Numbered from the stretch's first letter, positions 24,538 to 38,309 are shown. The stretch is 64,000 nucleotides of DNA from Eledone cirrhosa (GCA_964016885.1 OZ024740.1:311302001-311366000), one strand, 5' to 3'. The notes: generated by a model not told the origin, from the sequence alone. Numbers and translations: made by a program.

Positions 24538-27500
24538 CTACAGGCTGATAAAGAGAGAAGGCCCATTCACACGAGCCATTGTCGCTACTTTCACCCACCT
24601 TTCATAAGACTTGCTGGGGTAGAGCACCTCTCTCTCCATTCTGATCCTTCTCTTAAAATGGTATTTAAAGAAAAGGACCAGTTGTTGGCCGGAGAGAAAG
24701 GTGTCCGACCTCAGCCCTTTCAAACGTGTCCACCATACCACCTCTTTCACCATGGCTATTACACAGAGGAAGACCGCCTCTCCTTCATTTTTGAAGGGGG
24801 GAGGCGGCTTGATCGTTACAATGGACTCAGTGATCAACCGGATTGCTCCCACCCGTGACAGCAGTCGTTCGACATAGCCCCACAGATCGGCAACGCCCGA
24901 GCAGTGTACCAATGCGTGAGCAACGGTTTCCTCGTCGCGCACGCATCTGGGACAGATTTTTTTCGAGGGGTCCCTACCCGAGCGGCCGTGTCTGTAGAGC
25001 TTTTCTCGAACGGACAGCGCCCCTCGGTAGCACTGCCAGGCCAGGGACTTCTGGAAGTTGTCCATAGGTCCCAGGCCAAATGTCCTCCCGAATAGGCTGG
25101 CCAGTTCGTCTTCCTCCATGCCTAGGGCTTGTCCGAGGGCGTCGTCGCACCTACTAACCACCAGCCCTCTATAGAATGACGAGGTGGAGTCTCCACCGAT
25201 AGCCGGGTCCGCCTGTCAGAGCACCTGGGCACACTCTGTGTGCCAGGCGCCCAGTTTTCTCGGTCTTTGCTTGACCCAGGACTGCAGCTCGGTGAGCGAG
25301 ACGAGTCTCGGAAAGGCTCGCCTCACAAACGGGGCCCACACCGGTTGACCGGTGAGGAATACCTGGAGGTGCCGTAGCCTTAATGCGTGTTTACGCATCA
25401 GCAGCTACGGCAACCCCAGCCCTCCTTTCGAAGGGTGTTGACAGCAGATGGATCTCATCGCCAAAGGATCCCGCTTCTTCCAAAGGATTTGGAAGAGTGC
25501 GCGCTCCATTTTGGTGAGCGTTTCCCTTGGGCAAGGCACGACGCTCAGGCGGTAATAGATGACAGACGCTATATAAGCGTTCGCCATCTCCGCCCGACCT
25601 ATCAGGGATAGTTTGCATTCAGCCCACTTCCGCGTTAGCGCAAACACCCTGTTCGATACCTCACCCTAGTTCTTCTCCACCTCAAGGTCTGGCCCGAACT
25701 TGACCCCGAACAACTTCACCGGGCCCTCCGTCCAAAGGCCGACGACGCCGTTGGAGGCCATCGGTTTGCCCCTCCACTCGCCGAGTTGCAAACCGACTGA
25801 CTTGTCCCGGTTCAGCTTAGCCCCTGTAAACGTTTCGTATTCCTCAAGTAAGTTGCCGATCACTCCGATTTCCGAGGCGGTTGACACCATTACTGTCACG
25901 TTATCGGCGTAGGCCGACACCGCTTTCCGCAATCCCGGTTCCAAAGGGGTGCCCTGTAACGTAACAACTCCAACTTCCGCAGCAGTGGCTCTAGGGCTAA
26001 TACATACAGAAGAGAGGAGAGAGGGTATCCCTGTCGGATGGACCGCGTGATTTCGAACGGCTCCGAGAGATAGCCGTTCACCTTGACCCTAGAGCAGATG
26101 TGCATAGCACTGACCCAGCCCCTGAAAACGGGTCCGAAACCTGCCGCCACTAGTACCGCATCCAGGTAACGATGGTCGACCCTATCGAACGCCGTAGATT
26201 GATCCAAGTTGATCAGGGCCCCACCAAAGCCGGGTTCGTTCCCAACCCTCTCTATGATGTATCGCATGAGATGGAGGTTGTCGTGAATGGACCTGGACGG
26301 GATGGCGCATGTCTGCGCATCTCCCACCACGTTGCCCACGACAAGCGCCAACCTCTTTGCTAACACCTTGGCCAAAATCTTAAACTCTGCATTTAGCAGT
26401 GTTATGGGCCTAAAATTACTTATTTCATCCCCCTTGTTCTCGTCCTTCCTCACTAGCGAGACTACGCCCTTGGTCACAGAACAGGGAATTCTCCCGTTCT
26501 GTTGCCAGTTGCAGTAGACCGCTTCGAGGAGATCGAAGAACAAGTCCGGCATACTTAAATACAGTTCGTATGGAAGACCATCGAGGCCCGGAGATTTGCG
26601 TCTGCCGCATTGGCTCAGCACGTCCCCTATTTCAGCAGCTGAGATCGGCCTCTCGCAGGACTTCGCCTCCTCGTCCGAAAGACGCGGCAGGCCGTCGAGG
26701 TATGGACCGAGGTCCACATCCCCATCTGGCCCCTCATCCCTTCCGAACAATCGGGCAAAGTGCCTTTGAAAGGCCTCGCACATCTGCTTAGGTTCAAGGA
26801 TCACCCGTCCATCCTGGTCTCGCAAAGACCGGATAGTGGATCTAATCCCACTTTTGGCTTCTGTCACGCGGGCCCAGCTAACAGCTTTGGTCCTCTCGTT
26901 TCCCAGAGCACGTATTTTGCTTCGGACAACGCAGCCTTCGTGTTTCGCGTCGAAGAACTGGCCCAAAGCTGTTCTCGACGCTAGCACTCTGGCTACGTCG
27001 CCGCTTCTAATTGCCTCTACACTATCTACCAACTCCCTTTCCTTCCTATTTTTATCTGAGGCTAACTCCTTACTAACTCCTATTGAAGCTACTCTAATCT
27101 CTCTTTAGAGAGAGCCCCACCACCTGGTGTTGACGATGGCGCCCGTCAACCGCTCCTTAACTAATGTACTAATCCTGTTCATGTAAGCTTTACTTGCCGG
27201 TAAGGACAAGTTGAGCTTCCAGTAACCGGGTCCCTGTCTATGCGTTCTATCAAGGTTGACCATGGAGGTCATTAACTTGTGGTCTGAATAGCCAACCATG
27301 AGCATTTTTGGACAACTTAAAAAGTCCCTATCCTTATTTCTAACTAAGAACCTATCTGGGTACGATCTAGATTGACCACTGTGGTTTCTCCAAGTCCAGG
27401 TTGGCACAGTCGGAAAATCTAGTCGATATCTATCGGCCAGGTCGAATCGGCCGATTAACCCCTTGAGGCTGTTACAACCCCATCTATCAGGATATGCCCT

Positions 27501-27942
27501 ACATAGTCCCAACGTGCATCTAGGATACCATTCCAGTCCCCCACTAAAAGCAAGGAGCGGGACGTCCCTAGAAAAGTCTCCAGACGATGGAAGATGTCCG
27601 GCCGCGTTGACCCAAAAGGGCGACCAGCCTAAAAGCTCCGCCTTCACCACTGCCAATGTCCAGAACCACTAGTCGACCCTCCGGGTCCAAGTGTACCGTC
27701 TGTTTAGCGAGACCCAGATGTTTTTGCAGCAGAACGACAACCCCACCTCCGGGCTGACAGAGAGATGCGTGCATCTCAAAGTCATCAAAGGTGGGGGCCA
27801 GCTGTCGCACGCTGCTGATCCGGGCCTCGCAAATAACCATCAAATTTATACATCGTGACCTGAGGTAATTTAGAAGCATTGCTTGCTTCCAAGGTGAGCC
27901 CAGGCCACGCGCATTTAGACAACCTATTCTCAACACAGTCAT
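24538..27942 (-). pseudogene. Tx1 ORF2 (AP endonuclease + reverse transcriptase + zinc finger), frameshifted
   Basis: IGCLNARGL, SYPDRFLV, YSDHK, GPGYWKLN, KSPGLDGLPYELY, NFRPITLLNAEFKILAK, LDQSTAFDRVDH, AYADNVT, CPRC..HALVHC, spread over several frames. Confidence 0.93.
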
Positions 27943-27989
27943 GTTGGTGGTAAAGAGAAACGGCACTTACCTCTCTGCGTCCCGGGGAC

Positions 27990-29978
27990 CGGGCCGCACA
28001 ATTTCTATGGGGAGGTGGTGGATGGGTTTTTGGGTGGGGTGGTGGTTTGTGGAAGTGTAGGTGCATCAGTGTGTGGTGGGGTTGGGGGGTTTGGAGTTGT
28101 GTGGGTTCTGGTGGGGGGGGGAGATTTTTTAGGAGGACACGGTTAATGGGTCTGACGCAGGGTAGCCCCACGTCCTCTTTAAAAGTGTCTTTTAACGTTT
28201 TGTAAATGTCCATTGGGGCTTTTATCATTTTTAGATGGGGAAGCCCCGTTGCTTGTGCGAAATTCGAACCTTCGGTTTTTATTAAGTTGTTATTATAAAT
28301 AACGTTTAACAGTTTTTTGTTTATTGTATTTATGTAAGTATATGCAATTTTTTCTTTTTGCGTGATGTTTTTTGTTTGCTGTTGTTGTGTGTTTTTTTGT
28401 GTTGATGTCTGTGTTATGTCTTGGGGAGGGGTTGTTTGTATTTGTGTTCCTGTGGTGTGTTTTCTTTTTTATCTTTTAACTTTATGGAAGTGTCCCCCCA
28501 CCCCCCACCTTTCGTCTGATGACGAAAGGGGGTCGTCTTCCATATTCGAGGGGAGGGGTTCATTTTCGGCTCTTGTTTGGGGTGTGGGTGTTATTGTATT
28601 TGTTTTCTGTGTGGGTGGGATGGGGGGGGGGATTGTTTTCAGTTGTGTTTTAACTTGTGGTGTTAGTTGTTTTTGTGGTGGTGGTGGAGGTTGTGTTGTT
28701 AGTGTTGTAGTTGTTGGTGTGGGCAAAATCGGTGTTTTTTTGTTTGCTTGGGAACAGGCAGCCCTCAGGTGACCTCTGCTACCACAGAGGTAACAAGCGG
28801 GTCGTCTACCCACCACTGTGATGTGTAAGTAGGCAAGCCCATCCAGCAATATGCGGTCGGGGATCCTAGCAATTCGTTCTGGCTGCATTTGCACCAGAAC
28901 TTGCAGGTTAGTTCCACCGAACACGTTGCTGGAACACTTACCTACCGAAATTACTGCATCCTCTTTCAAGTCGAGGAGGCCACACAGTACCGCCCAGAAA
29001 TCAATATCTGGATCGATACTGTGTATGGTCAATCTTTGTGTTTTTCTTCCCAAATAAGTGGGGAAGAAGGTAAATAAGAGGGACACAATTGGGGCCAAGG
29101 AATGTTTTTCGGTCGTCAATTTATCTTTCATTCGGATGGATAGACTACCGTAGAGTCTATCCTTCCGAATGAATACAATGTTTTTCAGATGATCTTTTAA
29201 CGCCAGTTCAATCTCTGTCTGTGTGAGTTGTACTGGCTTACGGGTTTTGTTTGATATTGTCCTATAAATAATAGTTTTTAAGCTATTTTCATTTTTTAGC
29301 TCTGGGGGAGAATTTAAAGAAAATAGACCATTCTCCTCCAAAGTTATATACTTCCGTGCATTTTCCATTTGCTGAGCCATGTTCGAAATGTCAATAGGTT
29401 CGTTCACGATAGTTTTTTTTAAGCTTTGCGCGAACGTCATTTTGTTCGCCCCCTCTCTGTTTACATTTGTCGAAATGTAGTTTTCTTGTTTTTTGTTGTT
29501 ACAATTTTCATTTTTTGTTGTGTTTGTGTTATTTATGTTGGTGTATGCGTTCAAATTTTTTTCCCCGTTGGGCTTAGACTCCATTTTTTCAACATGTTCA
29601 CTTATATTTTCAGTAGCCGAGAGACTTGTAGTCACAGCTACTAGTTCTCTTTCAGCTTTTGCTGGTGGGCGTGGCGCCGTGAAAAGTCGAAACGGCATCC
29701 ATTAATTTTGGCAATTTCTCCGAGTCAATTTTTTTCACATTTTTTTCATTAGGGTTAGGCTCCATTTTTTCAATGTTTCTAATAATCATTATTCTTTCAG
29801 TAGGGAGGCTTGTTGCCTCCGCTACCCGCTCTCCTTCAGTTTGTTTAGTGTCATCGTTACCTGTGGTAATGGCTTCCATTACCATTAGCGTAGAGACAAT
29901 TACAAGATTTTTAGGATGAAAAGTTTCACCCCAAAAGGGGTGAAATAAATTAACCCTAATGTCCGAAGACCCAGGCAA
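27990..29978 (-). pseudogene. Tx1 ORF1 (gag-like, zinc knuckle), with a frameshift and an internal stop
   Basis: GRRPACYLCGSRGHLRAAC in ORF 28469-29698. The same frame continues into 27785-28228, and an upstream piece lies at 29652-29978. Confidence 0.85.
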
Positions 29979-30170
29979 GGGGGTTAATTAACACAATAAC
30001 GCAAGAATACAGACAAACACTTAATGTTAACACGTAATATCTCCAATACTTAAGGAGTTGATGTGAAGAACGTCTATGCCATCCGGAGATAGATAGATAG
30101 ATAGAAAAAAGAAAGAAAGAAAGAAAAAATGAATGAATGAATGACAGACAGACAGATAGATAGATAGATA

Positions 30171-30932
30171 AATTTCTTTATTAGCCACAAGGGCACAAAA
30201 GAAGGGGACAAATACAAATGGGGAGTTTACATACAAGTATATGAAAATAAAACTATTAATAAAATAACAAATAACAATTGAAATCCCCAATAGGAGGGAG
30301 GCGTTACACAGGGGTTGTACACACCCCGAAAAAATGTACAACCCTCATCTCCAGGGGCACCAAGAGTGAGTAGTCCCTTCCTCTCTTCCTCTTTTTCCTC
30401 AACCTACAGGCTTATATAGAGAGAATGCCCAACCACTCGGGCCATCTTTGCCACATTCACCCACCTTTTATAAAATTTGCTGGGGTACAGCACCTCTCTC
30501 TCCATCCTGATTCTTCTTCCAAAATGATATTTGAAAAAACGAATCAGTTGCTCGCCGGAGAGAAAGATGTCTGACCTCAGCCCTTTTAACCTCGTCCACC
30601 ATATAACCTCTTTCACCATAGCCATAACACATAGGAAAACCGCCTCTCCCTCGTTTTTGAAGGAGGGTGGCGGTTTGATCATGACAATGGACTCGGTGGT
30701 CAACTGGGTTGGTCCCACCCGCGACAATAGTCGTTCTACATAGCCCCACAGGTTGGTAACACCCGGGCAGTGTACAAATGCGTGCGCGACGGTTTCCTCG
30801 TCGCGCACGCATCTCGGACAGATCTTTTTCGAAGGGTCCCTGCCTGGGCGACCGTGTCTGTAGAGCTTGTCTCGAACTGGTAGAGCTCCTCGGTAGCACT
30901 GCCAGGCCAGGGACTTTTGGAAGTTGTCCATT
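30171..30932 (-). mobile_element. Tx1-clade element, 5'-truncated copy C, in (GATA)n
   Basis: MDNFQKSLAWQCYRGALPVRDKL..CPRC..HAFVHC, same 3'UTR as copies A and B, (GATA)n flanks. Confidence 0.92.
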
Positions 30933-30937
30933 GGATA

Positions 30938-30985
<48 letters not shown>

Positions 30986-33699
30986 ATGCATCCATGCTTG
31001 TGCTCCACCCCAGTAAACTTTAAAGTTTAGAATTACTTCCCATTATCAGTCAAATTCTTATTGATATACAAACGTATTTTATACAACAGGGAAAATATCT
31101 CATATTCAAAAACCATATCTGTCTGTTAATTCAATACCTTTGTTGTTTATCACCAACATCATATTTTGTCGGAAGAAAACAATGACAGACCTATTGATAT
31201 GCGTATAGCTGGAATCAATGGAATATCTTACTCAGCTGTTGAGAATTTATTTAATACTTCACAATTCATAAGAGCTAAACCAGGAATTTGTAAGCATGAC
31301 ACGAATTCAACATTCTCAGCTAATCTGATATTATAGTTGGTGAACTAACTTACTGCCACTTTAACAGACATCACAATTACTGATCGTCTTTATCAAAAGT
31401 TAAGTAACTCAGTGAATCATAAGCTTTGATTTCACATGATAGATATACTTTATTAACAGTCACTGGATATCGTGAAGTGAGACGAATACAATATATTCAT
31501 ATAATGGGTAATCTTAATACTAATAATTTTGCCCTGACATAAGAAAGATAGGAGAATGAATGTTGAGATAAGGCATGTTGTCTAAGATAAAAGGTTTGGC
31601 ATACTCTATGGAAAAATAAATTATATACTGTGCATTTCTAAACATAATGGTACATTTATTCAACTTAGTTTAAATTTTTGGTCAGTGGTAGTGTCAGTGG
31701 CAAGCTAAATTTTATTTTTCGAACTTATAAGGAATTTATGTTGACATATTGGACATTGAATGCTAAAATATTGATGTTTTGGTTCTCATAGATTGCCTTT
31801 TTTTAAAGAAAAATAAGATTTTTCCATTTCTACAGTCGTTTTCACAACAGAAGAGAAGAGAAGTGATAAAGACGATTGAATTGATTCCTGATATATTATT
31901 GATAGACATATGATCGACCCTGGTTGAATAAAAGACAAAATCAATTCCAATCAACGGCATTGAAGTCAGATCTATATGTCAAGAACTGTACACCATCAAT
32001 CATATTGTCTCCCCCTATAAAATCAATATCAACCCTAACTCCAATATACTTATAATCTTTCAAATTGTTTATACAGATATGGGAGGTGCAGATATGGTTG
32101 TATGATTAAGAAGTTTGTGATTTGGTCCTATTGCATGTTACCTTTATCAAATAAAGGATTTTTACAATGCTTTGAATCGACAAAAACGTTCGCAGTGTCG
32201 ATGTGTCCAACAAACATTCTTTTTTGTTATTTAGTTACTGTTTTTGACGTTCTCACCACGTTATTCCTTTAGCTTAAGTCGATTTTGCCTTTCTTCACAC
32301 CTAAGTCAAAAACATAAATACAGCCAAAGTATTGGGATCGGTCGGTATTATTAACTAATATTCTTGAAGGTGATGTCCCAGCACAGTTACAGTCCGTCGA
32401 ATAAAGTTAGTAAAAGAATGAAGCTATAGCTAATACTTAATATTTTTTATTAAATACAAGGCAATTTTCTCACGCGGAGAGTATATATAATCAGTCGACT
32501 TTATCATATTATTACTGGTTCCTAATATATCGACCACGGACGATTTTGAAATCCTATGAGAAAGGCACCGAACTAGATTTATTTTTCAGCATTGTTTCAG
32601 ACGTCTTCACTGTTCTGTTCCAATTACAAATATGCCGAAACTGATAGAATATCATAACAGATGTTGGTGTAAATGTTATCTACTTATATATTCAATAGAC
32701 CGCGATAGTTGTTAGTTGAATTAATCCACCTGACAGCTGCTGCGTAGAGAATTGTAAATCTTGTATTACTCCATGAACTATTGCAATGTGCAGAGTGTAC
32801 AATAAGCGTAAATAATACAAATATCATTTCGGATAGACTCGGTGCAACTTTATCCTTATCACGTTGCACCTGATAAAAATGAAGTGGATTTACACAGATA
32901 GAGAGAGAGAGAAGGGGGAGAGAGAGATTGAGGAGAGTGTGTATGTGTGTAAGACAGCGTAAGAGAGAGTAAGACAAAGAGAAAGTGAGAGAGAATGAGG
33001 TTTAGTCACGTTTGCCAGCGTGATTTGACATTTTCTCTTAAAAATGCATGATTGTTGCCGACTTACATTAATGTTAGGAATATGTTACATTAGTTGCGTA
33101 CTAGAAAGCTAGTCTTAGTAGTTTGAGGTGTTAAATTTTAACATTATATGAAGCTGCAAGCTCTAGCGATTATAAATAATAAATCTTCAGCAGAAAATAA
33201 TTTTCGGTTGTCGTTAGCAACATACCGTTAAACAGTTAAACAGATTCTATATATTCTAGTTGTTTTTGGCTACGATTTTTGCTGTGTTAAAAGGTATTTC
33301 TTAAAATATCTATAAAACTTATATCACAATAAAACTAACTGTAGAAGAACATTTTATAGAGATTTATAAAGTCGGGAAATATTTAAAGAATGTAGAATTG
33401 TAACGCACTTTATTTATTCCGAATGTTTACAAACTCATTGCTACATTAGGATACCATTGGCAATATTCGTTTTTTATGTACAGTCTAGAGTATGTCATAT
33501 TGGTGGAGCCTATCTCTTGCCAAGATACGATCATATGTGAAACTGAACTCAACAATAGAAGCCAAAGAAATATGTATCTATTACAGAAAAATATTGATGC
33601 TTGCTTGCCTCAGCGTCAGAAGTATGTATTTTCATTTGCGTTGGTTAGCAAGAAAATAAATGTATTGTAAGTGCTGAAACAAATCACAAACAATTGATC

Positions 33700-34590
33700 T
33701 TTAAGCTCGTAGGTCGACACCAGAACGGTTTAGATTGATGTGGTTCCCATCGCTATGGAACACTGTGTAATGTATTCTTGTTTCATAGACCCGAAAAGGC
33801 ATATATATGCATTCCACTGGACTTATTGTAGAAGGCTTTGTGGGGATATGGGATCGATGGGTCGCTACTTGTTGCACTGATATCCCTATACGAATGCCCT
33901 ACTCAATGTAGTTGTCGGACCCCGCCAAGGGACCGTACTGTCACCTCTCTTATTCATGATTTTTATGGACATGATTAGAAGTGGTATCGTGACTGGCTAG
34001 TGGAGAACAAGTCGGCTGGAATTGGCGGATAACATGCTACTACTTAAATCGTCAGGTGATTTCCGCCATGCACTTGACAGGTTTGCTGCCGTGCTGCACA
34101 TCAGGAATGAAAATCAGCTGCGAAGACTGAGACACTCGACTTCTCAAAGAAACCTGCGCTGTGCAGAAGGTGGTAGGTATAAAAGCCAAACTCGCTGTCT
34201 TCGATTCGGTATTCGTGCCAACCTTTACCTATGGTCCTGAATCTTGGATAATGACTGAAAGAATACGATCGCGAATGCAAGCGACCAAAATGGAGTTCCT
34301 TTGAATGGGGCTTTGAAGTACCATTGTTTGATAGAGTGCGTATCTCGGAGATCAAACAGTCGCTCCAGATAGAACCGCTACTTCTCCGAATTGAGGGGAT
34401 CACAGCTCTGATAATGCTAACATATGGTTAGAATATTTCGGGAAAGAGTCGATTGATTTTACGGGCAAAACCAACCAGCTGGATAACATCCATGAATTGG
34501 TTTCGATCGGGAAACCAGCTGGATCAAATTAGAGGTGCCTGTTTCTGACAGGATCTGCTGGAAGGCATGTTTGAGGACGCTGCCTCTACG
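33700..34590 (+). mobile_element. Decayed RTE-clade LINE 3' fragment ending in (AAG)n
   Basis: LTYGPESWIMTERIRSRMQA..LQIEPLLLRIE. Homologous to 41373-41690. Confidence 0.75.
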
Positions 34591-34656
34591 ACGAAGAAGA
34601 AGAAGAAGAAGAAGAAGAAGAAGAAGAAGAAGAAGAAGAAGAAGAAGAAGAAGAAG

Positions 34657-34699
<43 letters not shown>

Positions 34700-34741
34700 C
34701 CAACACCAACACCAACACCACCACCACCACCACCACCACCC
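34588..34741. repeat. Compound trinucleotide microsatellite (AAG)n(AAC)n(ACCAAC)n(ACC)n
   Basis: Directly visible. Confidence 0.95.
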
Positions 34742-35904
34742 TAACGTTCTCTGAACTACATCTACGTAAAAACGTGACCGTAAATAAATACAGATTAAGT
34801 TAAAATATTCCGCTCTCATGTCATCTGTTTTATTCATCCGCATCTAAAGTGCATTATAAGAGAAATCTAGCCAATCAGTTGACTATTACATAAACTTATC
34901 GACATCGTACAAATGAAAGGCGAAGTTTACTTCTGCGGAAGTTTAACTTAAAATAATAGTATGGCTCATCTCTTTCATCAGTAGATGCTAAATAAGGTCA
35001 TACATATCTTTACATAAAATATCAGTTGATAAAGGTTTATGTTTGATTTTATTGCAGAGACCTGTATTGAGGTGGCGTTTTAAGTTGTAGTTTTTATATG
35101 AGATATTGAGAGACAGTTGGCCAAAGAGAGACTTGTTTGGAATCGTCGTTAAATCAGCGATTTTAAAAGAAAATTCGAAGAATATACACATATCTGCAAA
35201 TCTTAACATACAGTATGTAGGTAAACAATGCAATTATTATTAAGTTACTACAAAAATATTGATATAACTTCGCTAGACATTACAACTAATTACATTATAA
35301 CTACTTACGTTTTGTTTATTCTGTATTTCCCTTTGCAATTTATAGGAGGTCTATTGGTTTACCCTCACTATCTCTTCTGTATGTATCATGTTTTATTCAC
35401 TTTTCTCCACTTTATTGCGCCATCAAAAGACAATAAAAATAATCGATAGAAAATTTCATTCTTGTTTTTTCATTTGATGTTTTTTTTATGTTATGTTTTT
35501 TATTTTACATTTAGTCTCATTGGAAGCTTTTGTTAGAAAGATAATTAACAACGATCTCTTAACTAGTACCAATGGTAATCTGCGGAGGAAAAGAAATACA
35601 ATACAAAAGCGTCTTTTAGAAAAGACTTAAGAATCTCAGTAGACGTTTTGCTCTTGAGATAACATTTCCAGTCGCTAAGACTACCAAATTGTGATGCGAA
35701 AGTTGATAATACCAATAAACAAAGGTAAAATAAAAAGTTAGCTGATTTCGTAAATTAAAGAAAAACGAAAATCTTTGGCAACTGAAATGTTAATACTAAT
35801 GATTTAAAAACAAATTTAATCGGCCATTTAGTCTTTCCTTTCCACCACCTCAACTAATCATTTTACACATAGATACACGTATACAGACATACATACATAC
35901 TCGC

Positions 35905-35946
<42 letters not shown>

Positions 35947-36829
35947 ATATATATATGTATATATATGTGTGTGTGTGTGGGTGGGTGTATGTATATGTAT
36001 AATATATATATATATACATATATATAAATTACCAATACACCAACGCAACATTGATATTTAAAACATTCGTATCTCGAGGCATTTCATTTTTGGCTTGTAT
36101 TGGTATTTTGTTAATTTCTCGGCAGTTATTATACTGACACTAAAATGCTAATTTCCACCACCTCTCGTGAATTAAATCGTAATTTCTATATACTAATAAA
36201 TTGCATCGTGTCTTCTCAGTATCACGACTGTGTTTTAAATGGAATCTGACAAGGACTTAAGAAGGTTTGAAACTGTGCAGCCAATGTGATACTACCGAGG
36301 TATAATGAATTTGGAATGCATTCCCGGAATGTTATACAACGATAACTCTCCATCTCTCTTTCTTTCTCTCTCATCCTCACTCTCTTTCTCCCTTTCTCTC
36401 TCTTAACATAGTGAAAAACCGCGAATATTGGATGTGGTCCATAAAAATGCCAATAAACGTCAAAATAACGTAAAATATAATTTTAAAAAAGAGGGAGCGT
36501 CAATACGGTATATTGTTATTAATGATTTAGCGCTTATATATATATCCTAAACGGACGGTAGTCCGTTTAGTAATATTGTTGTGGTCGTGTTTTCGTTGGC
36601 AATCGTCTGTTTACGACAGTACAGCGCGGCTCTACTTTATTTAACTGAGATAAAACTTATATGAGCATGAACAGTAGATTATTACGCATCTTTTGGCTTA
36701 AAAATCTAGAAATTTGGTCCAGCGGGAAAAAATTTATAATCAAAGTTTGCTGATAAATCTTGTGTTCAAGTGAGTGAGTAGTAAGCGTGACGCTAGGGGA
36801 GGTAATTACGAGTCTCTCTCTCTCTCTAC

Positions 36830-36953
36830 GGGGTCATCCAGAAATGACGAATTTTTTTCGGCGGAACTCTTGTGATTGTGATTACGTTAGTCAAATGTAG
36901 TCAAATCGCCGAATCCCCTCCTCTTAATTGAAAACGTCATTTCTGAACGGCCC
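36830..36953. mobile_element. MITE with GGG-type TIRs and 3-bp TSD (PIF/Harbinger- or Zator-like)
   Basis: GGGTCATCCAGAAATGACG ... CGTCATTTCTGAACGGCCC, flanked by TAC on both sides. Confidence 0.65.
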
Positions 36954-37513
36954 TACTTCCGTCAGTGTGAAACATTACTTCACTTTTCACTGCTAAAATG
37001 CTTTTTAAATACTTCGTTAAAAATTTATGTTTATTATCAAAGCTATTTTTTGTACCAATCTATCAATAGTTTGCGAAAATATAGGTAAACATGTGAGTTA
37101 CATTTTTTTAATCGCATCGATCGCTTTGTCGCACGGACTGTGACACTGTCTGACTGACACCTTTGTCGGACCGACACCTTTGTTCAAGCGGACAACTTTG
37201 TGTCACTGACACCTTTGTTCGTGCCGGCATCTCTGCGAAACACCGATGACAACAACCAGACCAAAATTTCACTTCATTCTTCATTCTTCTTCAAGACCGA
37301 TCGCCGACCGATCGTATCGGTTGCTCTTCATATACCAGGTATTCAACAGATAGTTTGCACTTCTAGTATTATAAACAGTCGTGCGATTTTTTGTATCGAT
37401 AGGTGCGAATAGTGCGCTATATTTTTGTACCGATAGGTGCGAATAGTGCGATAGGTGCGAATAGTGTACAATATTTTCTGAGATTTGCATCCACTAATTT
37501 CGCTTAATTAAAA

Positions 37514-38309
37514 ATGATGTTTCGCGGCTTTTTGATCGGCTTATTCATTTTTTCCATGGCACGGAAATGGAGTATTTCCATTTCGAATCAAAAATTTTCA
37601 CTAAAATCGGGCAATTGGACTGATCAAATTCACATTCATGCCAGTTTTTACAAATCCATAATTAGAAATGTGGCGAAATCGAATGACCAGAAGGTATAAA
37701 AATATTAATTCAAATGTATTTACTTATCATACCAACAAAAATACTTAGATATTTTGTATACCTGGGGCCCGTCAGGGCCAGGTAATGTTAATCGCCAACA
37801 TTGTTATCTGTTGTCCTTTTGTGAAAGTATTGGTGGTTCATGTCGGCTCTAATGATCTGAATCCTCGTCGCACCGTTGGCACTACAAAGCTGTGCAAAAT
37901 AATACAATAATTTTTGCCCAAGTATTTTTTATTAATCATTTATTTGTAAATTAAGGACAAAGTGCCCATTCGAGGCACAAAACCGGAAAAACAGGGGAAG
38001 AGTCTCTTTGTAAGGCTACAGAAAATAGCGGAAAAGCACCACTGTACACCCATTTTCTACAGTGGTGTCATTCCACGTCCACAAAGTGTAATTGAAAATA
38101 AAAATGACTTGGGCAAGAGAAATTCTCGTTTGGAAAAGTTTAATTACTGCATGAAAGAAATGATTCAAAAATTGAACTTGCCCAATCTTCACAACATTGA
38201 AAATTAGTCAAAATTTGACAAATCTGACTTCAAACCAGATATGATTCATTTGAACAATGTTGGAAATCTTAAATTGACACAAATTTTTGCCAATGTTTTT
38301 GCCACCTGA
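37514..38309 (+). pseudogene. Spliced SGNH/GDSL-type hydrolase (three exons, one in-frame stop)
   Basis: SIIRNV | intron 37694-37748 | IFCIPGAR..VLVVHVGSNDL | intron 37875-37955 | YSGVIPR..EN*SKF..DMIHLNNVG. Both introns are GT-AG phase 0 and restore one frame. AATAAA at ~38347. Confidence 0.75.

Larger units (their letters stand above)
24311..30086 (-). mobile_element. Tx1-clade non-LTR retrotransposon, apparently full-length (~5.8 kb) copy B, in (GATA)n
   Basis: ORF1 with a CCHC knuckle plus ORF2 (APE-RT-zinc finger). (GATA)n lies at both ends. Confidence 0.92.
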
